Positions 19,187 through 29,085 of a DNA stretch of 64,000 nucleotides are shown here, in pieces. The stretch spans positions 119,757 through 183,756 of the forward strand of contig JAIKWD010000016.1 in NCBI GenBank assembly GCA_024685175.1, written 5' to 3'. Numbering within the stretch: the first letter of the stretch is position 1; the number at the start of each line of letters is the position of its first letter. Under the pieces are notes generated by a model. It was not told the DNA's origin. It made no database searches and was given only the letters and a program-made list of their open reading frames with translations. The stretch is from Bacteroidales bacterium. Its GTDB lineage: Bacteria; Bacteroidota; Bacteroidia; Bacteroidales; WCHB1-69. Both the position numbers and the translations under genes were made by a program.

Positions 19187-20380
19187 ATGAAATCCATAGA
19201 CCAATACAACTTCAGCGGCCAAAAGGCCCTTATCCGCGTGGACTACAACGTACCCTTGGATGACAATTTCAACGTAACCGACACCACCCGCATCGAGCGC
19301 ACGAAAGAAACGGTGGGCAAAATTCTCAAAGATGGCGGAAGTGTCATTTTGATGTCCCATCTCGGGCGTCCGAAAGGCGAAGTCAATGACAAATATTCCT
19401 TGCGCCACATTGTGTCCAAGGTGTCTGAAATCCTAGGCCAAGAGGTCATCTTCGCTGGCGATGCTTGCGACGTAAAGACCGCCGAGGTGGTTGCCAATAT
19501 GCAACCAGGTTCCATAGCGCTGTTGGAAAACTTGCGTTTCCACGCCGAAGAGGAGAAGGGTGATTTGGAATTCGCCAAGGTGTTGGCCCGTTTGGGCGAT
19601 GTTTACGTGAACGACGCTTTTGGCACGGCTCATCGCGAGCACGCTTCTACGGCCACCATTGCCCGTCTTTTCCCGGGCAAAGCCTTCGCCGGCTATCTGC
19701 TTTTCAATGAAGTTATGAGTCTTGAGACCGTTCTTAACGGCGGTGAGAAGCCGTTCACGGCCATTATCGGTGGCTCTAAGGTCTCCACCAAGATCAACAT
19801 CATCACCAATCTGTTGCCCAAGGTTGACAATCTCATCGTGGGTGGCGGCTTGAGTTACACCTTCTTGGCGGCTATGGGCTACACCATCGGCAATTCGCTC
19901 TTTGAACCCGATATGCTGCCGGTCGCCAAAGACATCCTCGAACAGGTCAAGAAGTCCGGCAAGAACTTCTATTGCCGTCTTGATACGATTTGTGGTGACA
20001 AATTTGGCGATGACGCTAACGTCCTGATCACGGAAGACAACAACATCCCCGACAATTGGGAGGGTCTCGACATTGGTCCGAAGACGCAGCAAAGTTTTGC
20101 CAAGGTGCTTCGCGACTCCAAGACTATCCTTTGGAATGGTCCAGTGGGTGTGTTTGAATTGGAGAAATTCAGCAAGGGTACCAAGGCGGTGGCCATTAGC
20201 GTGGCAGCCTCCACACTGGCCGGCGCTTATTCGGTCATCGGCGGCGGTGATTCCATTGCAGCCATTAACAAGTACGACCTCGCCGACTTTGTGTCCTACA
20301 TCAGCACGGGCGGCGGCGCTATGCTGGAGTATCTCGAAGGCAAAGAACTTCCCGGCGTAAAAGCCCTCAACGAAAACTAA
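19187..20380 (+). CDS. pgk: phosphoglycerate kinase
   Basis: 397 aa. RVDYNVPL, MSHLGRPKG, NDAFGTAHR and STGGGA motifs are present. Confidence 0.95.
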   Translation: MKSIDQYNFSGQKALIRVDYNVPLDDNFNVTDTTRIERTKETVGKILKDGGSVILMSHLGRPKGEVNDKYSLRHIVSKVSEILGQEVIFAGDACDVKTAEVVANMQPGSIALLENLRFHAEEEKGDLEFAKVLARLGDVYVNDAFGTAHREHASTATIARLFPGKAFAGYLLFNEVMSLETVLNGGEKPFTAIIGGSKVSTKINIITNLLPKVDNLIVGGGLSYTFLAAMGYTIGNSLFEPDMLPVAKDILEQVKKSGKNFYCRLDTICGDKFGDDANVLITEDNNIPDNWEGLDIGPKTQQSFAKVLRDSKTILWNGPVGVFELEKFSKGTKAVAISVAASTLAGAYSVIGGGDSIAAINKYDLADFVSYISTGGGAMLEYLEGKELPGVKALNEN

Positions 20381-20470
20381 ACTGTCGGCATCAGTGTACA
20401 AGGTTCCGACAATCTCGCCGGAACCCTATACAACATGTCCGTCCATTCACTAATAATCATAACATCAAAA

Positions 20471-21565
20471 ATGATAAACCCTAACTACTATTGCGTTATT
20501 ATGGCCGGCGGCATAGGCGCCCGTTTCTGGCCGATGAGCAACAGCAAGACCCCAAAACAGTTCATTGATATTCTGGGAGAAGGTAAAACCTTGATACAGA
20601 AAACGTTTCAACGCTTTACCAAAATTTGCCCCAAGGAAAACATCTATATTGTTACCAGTAAGAACTACAAGGATATCACCCTGAAGCAACTTCCCGAAAT
20701 TTCGGAAGACCAGGTTATTCTTGAACCTTATCGTCGCAATACCGCCCCCTGTATTGCGTATGCCAACTACAAAATCAAGGACAAGAATCCCAATGCGGTC
20801 ATCGTGGTGGCCCCGTCCGATCACGTTATCCTCAAGGAAGACATCTTCACTCGTGTCATTGAACAAGGCTTGGATGCGGTGTCTAAAAATGATTGGCTTC
20901 TTACCATCGGTATTCGCCCGTCATCTCCCAATACGGGATATGGCTATATTCAATATAATGAAGATAAGGGTTACGATAAGAACGCCACTATTTATGCCGT
21001 GAAGACCTTCACCGAGAAACCTGAGTTGGAGATGGCTAAACGATTTCTGGAAAGCGGTGATTTCCTTTGGAATGCGGGTATTTTTATGTGGTCGCTTTCT
21101 TCAATTGAAAAGGCTTTCCATGCATATCTTCCAGAAGTTGACGATCTGTTCAAGCAGGGAGAAAGTTTGTTCAACACCGAAAAGGAGCAGGAGTTTGTGG
21201 ACCAAATCTATCAGGTCTGTAAGAACATATCCATTGACTACGGTGTTATGGAAAAGGCGCGCAATGTGATGGTCTACGCCGCCGATTTCGGCTGGTCTGA
21301 TTTAGGAACATGGGGATCGTTATATGAATTGCGCAAGAAAGACCAAAACCGAAATGCGGTTTCAGGTAATCGGGTTAAGACTTATGACGCCCAAAAATGT
21401 GTGGTTAGCGTCCCCAAGAACAAAGTGGTGGTCATCCAAGGTCTCGAAGACTATATTGTGGTTGACCAAAACGATGTGTTGTTGATTTGCAAGAAATCGG
21501 AAGAACAACAGATTCGCCAATACGTAACCGACGTTCAAATCGATTTTGGCAACAAATTCGTATAA
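20471..21565 (+). CDS. mannose-1-phosphate guanylyltransferase
   Basis: The nucleotidyltransferase motif IMAGGIGARFWPMS is present and the rest is collinear with ManC/CpsB-type enzymes. The start was set at MINPNYYCVIMAGG. Confidence 0.8.
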   Translation: MINPNYYCVIMAGGIGARFWPMSNSKTPKQFIDILGEGKTLIQKTFQRFTKICPKENIYIVTSKNYKDITLKQLPEISEDQVILEPYRRNTAPCIAYANYKIKDKNPNAVIVVAPSDHVILKEDIFTRVIEQGLDAVSKNDWLLTIGIRPSSPNTGYGYIQYNEDKGYDKNATIYAVKTFTEKPELEMAKRFLESGDFLWNAGIFMWSLSSIEKAFHAYLPEVDDLFKQGESLFNTEKEQEFVDQIYQVCKNISIDYGVMEKARNVMVYAADFGWSDLGTWGSLYELRKKDQNRNAVSGNRVKTYDAQKCVVSVPKNKVVVIQGLEDYIVVDQNDVLLICKKSEEQQIRQYVTDVQIDFGNKFV

Positions 21566-21598
21566 TGGACGTTGTGGTATTTCATAAAACACCCCAAT

Positions 21599-21645
21599 AT
21601 CATGGTAGAGGCGCAATATTTCGCGCCTCTACCATGATTGTTTTT
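21599..21645. terminator. 16-bp perfect hairpin plus T-run (manC terminator; REP-like arm GGTAGAGGCGC)
   Basis: atcatggtagaggcgc / gcgcctctaccatgat with an 8-nt loop, followed by TTGTTTTTTT. The ATG of the next gene (21634) lies inside the 3' arm. Confidence 0.65.
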
Positions 21646-23655
21646 TTGGCATTTTTATTGTTATCGTTTTCCGTTTCTGCCCAAAACGATACGGTGGGCA
21701 AGCACAACGCCCGTTGGTTGCCCGAAGTGCAGATAGGCGGATGGTATTCTAAGATAGAGGCCAATCCCGCGGCCGTACAGACGCTCACCGTACGTCAGAT
21801 TGAAAACTTGCCGGCATTACAACTGTCTGATGCCCTGAAGTATATGTCTGGAGTGGTGGTGAAAGACTATGGCGGCACCGGGGGAATGAAAACCGTCTCT
21901 GTGCGTGGCCTAGGTTCACAACATACCGGCGTAGCATACGATGGCATGGCTCTTACCGATTGCCAGACAGGTCAGATTGACTTGGGCAAATTATCGCTTG
22001 ACAATATCAGCACACTCTCTTTGACCACAGGCTTGGATGACAATATCTTTAAACCTGCCCGCCTCTTTTCATTTAGCAACTTGCTTAATATCAACACATC
22101 TAACGTGATGCCAGACAAGCCGCTCAAAATGAAAGTTGCCCTCACAGTGGGTATGTATGGTTTGATATCCCCGCAAGTATTCTGCGAAAACCTCATAAAA
22201 AGCAAAAAACACGAAAACAGGTTCGTATTATGGAATTTGTCCGCCAACTACACCTTTTCCAAAGGCGAATACCCTTATTTGTTGCGATATGGCGGCATAA
22301 TGGACAGTGTTTCTTGGGAGCGACGACAAAATACCGACATCAACGCCTTCAATGTAGAAGCCAATGTCAAGGTGAGTATCAACCCCAATAAACAATTGTT
22401 GATCAAGTGGTACTATTACGATTCGGAACGCGGTTTGCCATCTGCAACCGTGTTCTACAACTTAGAGTCCTCCCAACGACTTTGGAACCGCAATACTTTT
22501 GCACAACTTCAGTATTATCAGCATTTTAAAAAAGGATGGCGCTACCAAGTGGGCGGCAAATTCAACTATGACTACACCCGTTATCTTGATCCGGATTATT
22601 TGAACGCCGAAGGTCGACTGGACAACCAATACCGACAGTATGAAGGATACCTTACCAATGTGGTGAGTTATACGATGCCGATGAAAACCAAAGAGTACGG
22701 TTTTTCCGCAGCCTTGGCCAACGACTTGTTTTACAACCAACTCCGCTCCTCCAATATGGAGTATGTGGATCCGGCTCGCTTCACTTCGCTTACGGCCCTG
22801 TCGTTGAAAGGCGATATCCGGAATTTCAAGTTGGTGGGCAATCTGCTGTTGACTACCGTTAACAATATGTCGCGGGGTCAACAATTGGGTAAAAATTACA
22901 TTCATCTCTCTCCGGCGGTCAGCGCCTCCGTGATGCTCAAAGACGCGGTCACACTCCGTGCTTTCTACAAGAATATCTTCCGTATGCCGACCTTCAATGA
23001 CCTTTACTACCGCGAAGTGGGCAATATCAATCTGGAACCCGAAAAGACCCACCAGTGGGATTTGGGAGCTGTGTTGGAACAGCATCGACTGGCTGCGGGC
23101 AGAGTACTTTTGTCGGCATCTTTGGATGGCTATTTTAACATAGTGAAAGACAAGATCGTGGCGTTCCCGTCCCACAATCTGTTTTCGTGGACGATGCTCA
23201 ACTACGGCAAGGTTTGGGTTGCTGGTGCCGAATTGAACGCCAATCTGGAGTACCAATTCGTGAAACATTATTATCTCCGGTTCAACGGCAATACGACATA
23301 CCAAAAGGCCATTGACCGCACGAATCCCTCCGAGAAGACTTTCAACCATCAGATTCCATACACCCCATTATGGTCGGGTTCCGCCAGTTTGGGTGTGCAA
23401 ACGCCGTATGTGACGGTTACGTATGCGGTAATCCTATGTGGCAAACGCTATGCTTTGAGAGAAAACATTCCGGCCAACATCGTGGACGGCTATGTGGACC
23501 ATAGCATAACTATAGACCACGAGTTCGATATTAAAAAAACCAAACTGGGGTTGAAATTGGAATTACTGAATCTGGCAAACAAGAATTATTCCATCGTTAG
23601 GAATTATCCGATGCAGGGTTTTGGGTGTAGATTCAAAATTTACTTTTCGTTTTAA
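21634..23655 (+). CDS. TonB-dependent outer-membrane receptor (no SusD partner)
   Basis: Signal peptide MIVFLAFLLLSFSVSAQ. Plug-domain block LSDALKYMSGVVVKDYGGTGGMKTVSVRGLG. Beta-barrel with a C-terminal aromatic residue (...KIYFSF). Confidence 0.8.
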   Translation: MIVFLAFLLLSFSVSAQNDTVGKHNARWLPEVQIGGWYSKIEANPAAVQTLTVRQIENLPALQLSDALKYMSGVVVKDYGGTGGMKTVSVRGLGSQHTGVAYDGMALTDCQTGQIDLGKLSLDNISTLSLTTGLDDNIFKPARLFSFSNLLNINTSNVMPDKPLKMKVALTVGMYGLISPQVFCENLIKSKKHENRFVLWNLSANYTFSKGEYPYLLRYGGIMDSVSWERRQNTDINAFNVEANVKVSINPNKQLLIKWYYYDSERGLPSATVFYNLESSQRLWNRNTFAQLQYYQHFKKGWRYQVGGKFNYDYTRYLDPDYLNAEGRLDNQYRQYEGYLTNVVSYTMPMKTKEYGFSAALANDLFYNQLRSSNMEYVDPARFTSLTALSLKGDIRNFKLVGNLLLTTVNNMSRGQQLGKNYIHLSPAVSASVMLKDAVTLRAFYKNIFRMPTFNDLYYREVGNINLEPEKTHQWDLGAVLEQHRLAAGRVLLSASLDGYFNIVKDKIVAFPSHNLFSWTMLNYGKVWVAGAELNANLEYQFVKHYYLRFNGNTTYQKAIDRTNPSEKTFNHQIPYTPLWSGSASLGVQTPYVTVTYAVILCGKRYALRENIPANIVDGYVDHSITIDHEFDIKKTKLGLKLELLNLANKNYSIVRNYPMQGFGCRFKIYFSF

Positions 23656-23671
23656 TATGCCATAGACGCAA

Positions 23672-23696
23672 AATTATTGCGTCTATACCACATTGT
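23672..23696. repeat. REP-like hairpin ATAGACGCA-N7-TGCGTCTAT between two convergent genes
   Basis: 9-bp perfect stem sharing the AGACGCA/TGCGTCT core with the other palindromes in this window. Confidence 0.5.
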
Positions 23697-23726
23697 TGGG
23701 ATTGTAAAGCCAAAGGTCGGGCAGTC

Positions 23727-24413
23727 TTACGACTTTGTGATTTTTAGGACTTTAGCCACGTTTTCTTGGACGACAAACTGCACTTCGTAACCTGCAAAGG
23801 GGAATCCGTATTTGCGGGAATCGTCGTGATGGTAGGCGGGGCGTGGGTCCTGGGCAAGGATGTCGTGTAGCGCATCCAGTTTGTCGGCAGGCAGTTTACG
23901 TGCCTCTTCTGCGGGAATATCCACCGAAAGAGTGTAGTCGGTGTGCACAGCGGTAAAACCGGGCGAAGCTTCTGGCCGGCAGTCTGTAGTAAGAAGATAG
24001 GGCTTGATGTCGTAAATGGGCGTGCCGTCCATAAGGTCGGCGCCGGAAATGTGGAGCAGGGGACCCTTCGTCGGATGCTGTTCCACCGAAATCAATCGCA
24101 CACAGGACAAGCCAAGCGGGTTTGGACGGAAGGGCGAGCGCGTGGCGAATACACCCATCCGCGCGTTTCCACCCAAGCGTGGCGGACGTACCGTGGGAGA
24201 CCACTCGTCCCGAAACGCTTCGGAAAAACCCCATAACAACCAGATGTGCGTAAAGTCTTCAAGGCCCCTCAGCGCATCGGGATTCTGGAAATCCGGCTCG
24301 AAAACCACAGTGGCCGTCAAGGAGTCCACCAATCCGCTCTGCCGCGGAATGCCGAACTTGGTGGGAAAATCGCTCCGTATCCGTGCAACAATCTTGAGGG
24401 TCAGATCTTCCAT
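23727..24413 (-). CDS. trmO: tRNA (t6A37-N6)-methyltransferase TrmO (YaeB/TsaA family)
   Basis: 228 aa. GIPRQSGLV, FATRSPFRPNPLG and DGTPIYDIKPY blocks are present. Confidence 0.8.
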   Translation of the reverse strand: MEDLTLKIVARIRSDFPTKFGIPRQSGLVDSLTATVVFEPDFQNPDALRGLEDFTHIWLLWGFSEAFRDEWSPTVRPPRLGGNARMGVFATRSPFRPNPLGLSCVRLISVEQHPTKGPLLHISGADLMDGTPIYDIKPYLLTTDCRPEASPGFTAVHTDYTLSVDIPAEEARKLPADKLDALHDILAQDPRPAYHHDDSRKYGFPFAGYEVQFVVQENVAKVLKITKS

Positions 24414-24425
24414 TCCAAATAATGT

Positions 24426-25646
24426 TTATTCGTAACGCAATGCAGATATCGGGTCCATATTGGCCGCCTTCTTGGCTGGATACCAACCGAAGAAGATGCC
24501 AGTAAGGGCACATACAATGAAGGAGATGAGGATAGCCATTTCGCTGACCACATAGGGTAGTTTCATCAGCCGTGACACCGCATAGGAGATGATCAACCCC
24601 AATATTATGCCGATAATGCCACCTATAAGACTTAAGATGACGCTCTCGCAAAGAAACTGCAGCTTGATGTCACGGTTGTGGGCACCGATGGCCATACGCA
24701 ACCCGATTTCCTTGGTGCGCTCGGTAACGGTTACATACATAATGTTCATAATGCCGATACCGCCTACCACCAAAGAGATAGAGGCGATGGCGGCCAACAA
24801 AACCGTCAACATCCGGGTGATGGAGCTCATCGTGGAGACCAACTCCTCCTGCGTCCGGATTTCAAAGTCGTCCACATCGCCACTTTTGATGCCGTGGTTG
24901 CTTCGCAAGATGTAAGTGATTTCCGTGGCCGCCAACTCGGACTCCTCCTCCGAGGTGGCCGATGCGAACAACATATTGAAGTAGGTGATGCCGAGAAAAC
25001 GTTTCTGGATGGTGGTGTAGGGAGCCAACACAATGTCGTCCTGATCATTACCCATACCGTTCTGGCCTTTCGACTCCAATACGCCAATGACGGTCATCGG
25101 GATGGATCCGAGTCTGATGGTCTTGCCGATAGGGTTTTCGCCGTTGGTGAACAGTTTGTCCACGACGGTTTTTCCGATTACGCAGACTTTGTTGTAGCGT
25201 TTCACGTCCTCATCGGTGAACATCACGCCTTCTTTGAGCTCAAGCTTGCGAATGTCTATGTATGAAGGGTCGACGCCGCTGATGGAGCTGCTGTGGTTGT
25301 TGTTGCCGTAGATGAGTTGTTTGCTCGTGCTGACGTTCGGGGAGACGGCAGCCACATAGCGGGTGTTCTCCTTGAGCATCTTCAGGTCTTTATTGGTCAA
25401 TGACTTAGACGTTGACATACCCATATCCACGCCGCCTCTATGTTGACGCGAGGGCATCACCATAATCATATTGGAGCCCATAGACGAGAGTTCACCTTTC
25501 ACGCTTTGCGTGGAGGCCTGACCGATGCTCACCATTGCGATAACAGACGCGATGCCGATGACGATGCCGAGCATCGTGAGGGCGGTTCGCATCTTGTTGC
25601 GGAACAGCGAGCTGATGGCTATTTTGATGAGGTTGCCTATATTCAT
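24426..25646 (-). CDS. macB: ABC transporter permease (MacB/FtsX-like)
   Basis: 406 aa with an N-terminal TM helix, a large periplasmic MacB_PCD-like domain and a C-terminal FtsX 3-TM bundle. Confidence 0.85.
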   Translation of the reverse strand: MNIGNLIKIAISSLFRNKMRTALTMLGIVIGIASVIAMVSIGQASTQSVKGELSSMGSNMIMVMPSRQHRGGVDMGMSTSKSLTNKDLKMLKENTRYVAAVSPNVSTSKQLIYGNNNHSSSISGVDPSYIDIRKLELKEGVMFTDEDVKRYNKVCVIGKTVVDKLFTNGENPIGKTIRLGSIPMTVIGVLESKGQNGMGNDQDDIVLAPYTTIQKRFLGITYFNMLFASATSEEESELAATEITYILRSNHGIKSGDVDDFEIRTQEELVSTMSSITRMLTVLLAAIASISLVVGGIGIMNIMYVTVTERTKEIGLRMAIGAHNRDIKLQFLCESVILSLIGGIIGIILGLIISYAVSRLMKLPYVVSEMAILISFIVCALTGIFFGWYPAKKAANMDPISALRYE

Positions 25647-25649
25647 AGT

Positions 25650-26393
25650 CTAGTCTTCTTTTTGTAGGTTAAGTGCGGCGAGTGCTTCGGCGGCCGACTG
25701 GGTGGCAATGGGTGCGTCCTCAATGATTTGGCCGTCCATCAACTTGATCTTACGCGTGGTGAAGGTGGCGATGTCGGGCTCGTGCGTGACGAAGGCGATG
25801 GTCTTGCCTTGTTCGTGCAGGTCTTGGAACAGACTCATAATCTCATAGGAAGTACGGGTGTCGAGGTTGCCTGTGGCCTCGTCGGCAAGGAGGATGACGG
25901 GGTCGTTGACCAGCGCGCGGGCGATGGCCACGCGTTGTTGCTGGCCGCCGGAGAGCTGGTTGGGCATATGCTCCATACGGTTTTCCAGACCCACGAGTTT
26001 GAGAGCCTCCTTTGCGCGCTCGCGACGTTCGCGCGCCGGCACGGACGTGTTATAGAACAACGGCAACTCCACATTCTCGATGGCCGTGGTACGCGCCAAC
26101 AAGTTGTAGTTTTGGAAGACAAACCCGATCTTACGGTTGCGCAAGGTCGACATCTCGTTCTTGCTCAAATTCTTGATGGAGACCCCGTCGATGATGTAGT
26201 CGCCTCCGCTGGGTGTATCCAGACAACCCAAGATGTTGAGCAGGGTGGATTTGCCACTGCCGCTCGTGCCCATAATGCTCACGAATTCACCTTCTTGGAT
26301 TACAAAAGAGACTCCCCGTAAAGCGTGCACATCCTCGCTGCCTACACGGAATATCCGCTCCAAGTTTTCTACTCTCAGAATATCCTTTGCCAT
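25650..26393 (-). CDS. ABC transporter ATP-binding protein (MacB/LolD-type)
   Basis: Walker [10 protein letters not shown], signature [15 protein letters not shown] and Walker [13 protein letters not shown]. Confidence 0.9.
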   Translation of the reverse strand: MAKDILRVENLERIFRVGSEDVHALRGVSFVIQEGEFVSIMGTSGSGKSTLLNILGCLDTPSGGDYIIDGVSIKNLSKNEMSTLRNRKIGFVFQNYNLLARTTAIENVELPLFYNTSVPARERRERAKEALKLVGLENRMEHMPNQLSGGQQQRVAIARALVNDPVILLADEATGNLDTRTSYEIMSLFQDLHEQGKTIAFVTHEPDIATFTTRKIKLMDGQIIEDAPIATQSAAEALAALNLQKED

Positions 26394-26395
26394 AA

Positions 26396-27631
26396 CTATC
26401 TCGTTTTACGCTGCGGCGGTCCAGGCATAAACGGATTGCCGGACTCATTCTTCTCATTCGGACCTCCCTTGGCTTCGGAAACACCGATCACAATCTCATC
26501 GCCGGCATTCAGTCCTTCCGACACCAACGACTTGACACCGTTGTTCAAGCCGACCGTGACACTGATTTGCTCATAGTTCCTCTCCCCGCGCTTCACCCAA
26601 ACGGTCTTTTTGGTGATGTCCTTCAATCCTTGCGTCAATTCATCTTGGTTTTTGTACAACGATTTAAAGGAATAACCCTTTTTCTCCATTTGTTTCATCA
26701 CCATAGGGTCGATAGAGGTGAAAAGTGCCGTCATCGGTACGGTCACGCCGCTCTGCTTCTCGGTCGTGATACTCACATTGGCCGTCATGCCGGGGAACAA
26801 CTTGTTATCGGGATTTGGGGCGTTGATGATGACCGTGTAGGTGACCACGTTGGATGTGACGGTGGGATTGATGCGCACCTCCTTGACCGAACCGGTGAAC
26901 ACATCGTCGGGAAACGCGTCCACGGTAAAGGTTACGGGCTGCCCGGCCTTGACAGAGCCGATGTCGGCTTCGTCCACGGCGGCCTCTACTTGCATCTGTG
27001 TCAAGTCATTGGCAATGGTGAAAAGGGTAGGGGTGCTGAAGGAAGATGCCACCGTCTGGCCTTCCTCCACCGCTTTGTCCATAATCACACCGTCAATGGG
27101 CGAATAGATGGTGGCATACGATAGGTTGGTCTGGGCGCGCGACAACTCGGATTGCGCGGTCTTGAGTTGGTTCTTGGCCTGGTTGAGCGTGTTGGTCGCC
27201 GACTCGTACGACTCCTGGGTGGCGGCCTTGTTGTCGTACAACGCCTTGATACGGTCGTATTGCTGCTGCGCCAAAGTCAAGTTGCTGCGTGCGTTTGAGA
27301 CGGAGGTCTGCGCCTGCGTGAGCTGCTCGTTGAGGTTGGAACGGTCAAGCTCTGCCAGAAGTTGCCCCTTCTTCACTACGGAGTTGAAATCCACGTGGAT
27401 CTTTTGCACGATGCCGGACACCTGCGTGCCGACCTCGACCTTGTAGACAGGCTGCAACTCGCCCGTGGCCGTCACCATGACCTCCACACTGTCAATGTTG
27501 CATCGCGCAGTGTTGATTTGCATTTCCGTATGCTTTCCTTTTTTGACGGCAATGAAGATGATTACGAGCAGCAACAGTATCGCCGCCGCAATAATTCCCC
27601 ATAATGCTTTTTTTGATAATTTCTTTGCCAT
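26396..27631 (-). CDS. macA: efflux periplasmic adaptor subunit (MacA/HlyD family)
   Basis: N-terminal anchor, a coiled-coil hairpin (LTQAQTSVSNARSNL...) and beta-barrel domains. The start was set at the ATG (MAKKLSKK), because the track start is TTG. Confidence 0.85.
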   Translation of the reverse strand: MAKKLSKKALWGIIAAAILLLLVIIFIAVKKGKHTEMQINTARCNIDSVEVMVTATGELQPVYKVEVGTQVSGIVQKIHVDFNSVVKKGQLLAELDRSNLNEQLTQAQTSVSNARSNLTLAQQQYDRIKALYDNKAATQESYESATNTLNQAKNQLKTAQSELSRAQTNLSYATIYSPIDGVIMDKAVEEGQTVASSFSTPTLFTIANDLTQMQVEAAVDEADIGSVKAGQPVTFTVDAFPDDVFTGSVKEVRINPTVTSNVVTYTVIINAPNPDNKLFPGMTANVSITTEKQSGVTVPMTALFTSIDPMVMKQMEKKGYSFKSLYKNQDELTQGLKDITKKTVWVKRGERNYEQISVTVGLNNGVKSLVSEGLNAGDEIVIGVSEAKGGPNEKNESGNPFMPGPPQRKTR

Positions 27632-27641
27632 ATTCGTTTTA

Positions 27642-27672
27642 AAATTCAAAATTCAAGATTCAAAATTCAGAA
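27642..27672. repeat. AT-rich tandem octamers (ATTCAArA x4) in the macA leader
   Basis: aaattcaa aattcaag attcaaaa ttcagaat lies directly upstream of the macA start. Confidence 0.6.
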
Positions 27673-27680
27673 TAGATAGA

Positions 27681-27748
27681 GGTCATTAATTGGTTTTTAA
27701 AGAGGAGACGTTGCACACAACTTCTGTACCGGTTCATCGGTTCATCAC
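27681..27748 (-). repeat. dispersed ~50-nt element, copy 1 (tolC-macA spacer)
   Basis: The minus-strand sequence ATGAACCGGTACAGAAGTTGTGTGCAACGTCTCCTCTTTAAAAACCAAT matches 49165-49213 at 36/49 positions without gaps. An ATGAACC word lies at both ends. Confidence 0.55.
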
Positions 27749-27750
27749 TA

Positions 27751-29085
27751 TTAAAGTCTCACCGGAATACCCATATACACGTCCAAGATCTTCCGTTCCA
27801 GCACGTAGGTGTATTTTGCCTGCATATATCGGTTGAGTTGGTTCAGATAGTTGGTCTGTTGTTGGATGAGGTCGACGGCGGTGACGGAGCCGTATTTGAA
27901 CTTGAAGGTGTAGGCCTTGTAGTTGGCTTCGTAGGCGTCTTTTTGGGCTTCGGCTACGCGATAGTCGTTTTGGGCCGACAAGACATCGAGATAATATTGT
28001 TGCAGTTCGCGAGAGACTTGGTATTCGGTCTCCTTTTGGCTCAATTCGGCTTGTTGCACGCGTAATTGGGCCTGCTGCACACTGTGGCGCACCGAACTCC
28101 GGTTGTAGATGGGGATGGACAAGTTTAACCCCACGTTCTCCCCTAATCCGTGCCACAATTGCGTGCCCCATCCCGTGTTCTCCGCCAAATTGTTGTTGTT
28201 GTATCCCGTGCTAATGCCCGCGTTCAGTCCGAGACTCGGATAGTAATTGGCCTTCTGTATCTTGACATCGTATTCCGCGCTGGTGACTTCGTTCTCGCTT
28301 ATCTTGAGCGTCGGAAGATAGTTCATCGATTGGTTCATTACCTCCTGTAATTCGGGAACCTCCAGACTGCGGAACAGTGTGGCGCTGTCGGGACGCACGA
28401 TGGAAATCTCCGCGCTCGGGTTGATGGACAACAAGTTTTTGAGTGTGAGATAGTTGTTTTGAATATTGATCTTGGTGTTCTCCATGTTGAAACGATCGGA
28501 GGTATATTGCGCCTGCAACATCTTGTAGTCGCTCTCCAAGATTTGTCCCACTTGGAATTGCTGCTCGCCTTGGTCCATCTGCTCCTTGCTGCTTTTCAAC
28601 ACATCTTCTTGGTATACAAGTAGATCTTCGTTCATCATTATGTTCAAGAAGGCTTGGATGATGGAAACGCGGATGTTGTTCTTGCCTTGCTCCAATTCCA
28701 GGTTGGATTGGTCTACGAGCAACTTGTTCTTCTGAATGTTGTTGTAGTTGCTGAGACCGTTAAACAGAGTCATATTGGCGTTGATGCCATAATTGCCGTT
28801 CCAAGAGACGGATTTTTGATAGTGGTTGGTGCCCAATCCTTGCGATGCGGAAGCGGATATGGAAGGAGCGATGTTCTCTTTGGCCTGCCGCAAGTTGATT
28901 TCGGAAGCACTGACATTCAATCCAGCAGTCTGCAAGGAATAATTGTTCTCTTCCGCATATTGCAGGCATTCTTCCAAGGTGAATTGTGTTTTTTTAGGAT
29001 TTCCTTGTTGATAATCAACACTTTGTGAAAAGCCAATCGTTACCAACAAGCAAAGACACGCAAGTATAATAGATATCTTTTTCAT
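27751..29085 (-). CDS. tolC: TolC-family outer-membrane efflux protein
   Basis: 444 aa with a signal peptide and two OEP repeats rich in Q/N/L/Y heptads. It is the first gene of the tolC-macA-ATPase-permease operon. Confidence 0.85.
   Translation of the reverse strand: MKKISIILACLCLLVTIGFSQSVDYQQGNPKKTQFTLEECLQYAEENNYSLQTAGLNVSASEINLRQAKENIAPSISASASQGLGTNHYQKSVSWNGNYGINANMTLFNGLSNYNNIQKNKLLVDQSNLELEQGKNNIRVSIIQAFLNIMMNEDLLVYQEDVLKSSKEQMDQGEQQFQVGQILESDYKMLQAQYTSDRFNMENTKINIQNNYLTLKNLLSINPSAEISIVRPDSATLFRSLEVPELQEVMNQSMNYLPTLKISENEVTSAEYDVKIQKANYYPSLGLNAGISTGYNNNNLAENTGWGTQLWHGLGENVGLNLSIPIYNRSSVRHSVQQAQLRVQQAELSQKETEYQVSRELQQYYLDVLSAQNDYRVAEAQKDAYEANYKAYTFKFKYGSVTAVDLIQQQTNYLNQLNRYMQAKYTYVLERKILDVYMGIPVRL

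Noticed and set aside
18341-20380. thyA is not followed by folA (dihydrofolate reductase)
   Set aside because: Absence from one window says nothing about the genome, because folA can be anywhere. It is not evidence of an alternative pathway.
19433-20401. 322-aa ORF antisense to pgk
   Set aside because: It lies fully inside a gene with unmistakable Pgk motifs. Its sequence is low-complexity and G/A/V/H/D-rich, typical of the stop-free reverse frame of GC3-rich genes. It has no promoter box or recognisable domain.
22462-23349. 295-aa ORF antisense to the TonB-dependent receptor gene
   Set aside because: This is the same artefact class. The sense frame has plug and barrel motifs, and the antisense product has no recognisable features.
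24678-27124. A set of 185-197-aa ORFs antisense to the macB permease, ATPase and macA
   Set aside because: This is the same codon-bias artefact. The efflux genes are tightly packed and well supported.
27642-27672. Possible CRISPR or other array, suggested by the short tandem repeats
   Set aside because: The units are 8 nt, contiguous and AT-rich with no spacers. No cas genes are in the window. This is a simple tandem repeat, not a CRISPR array.
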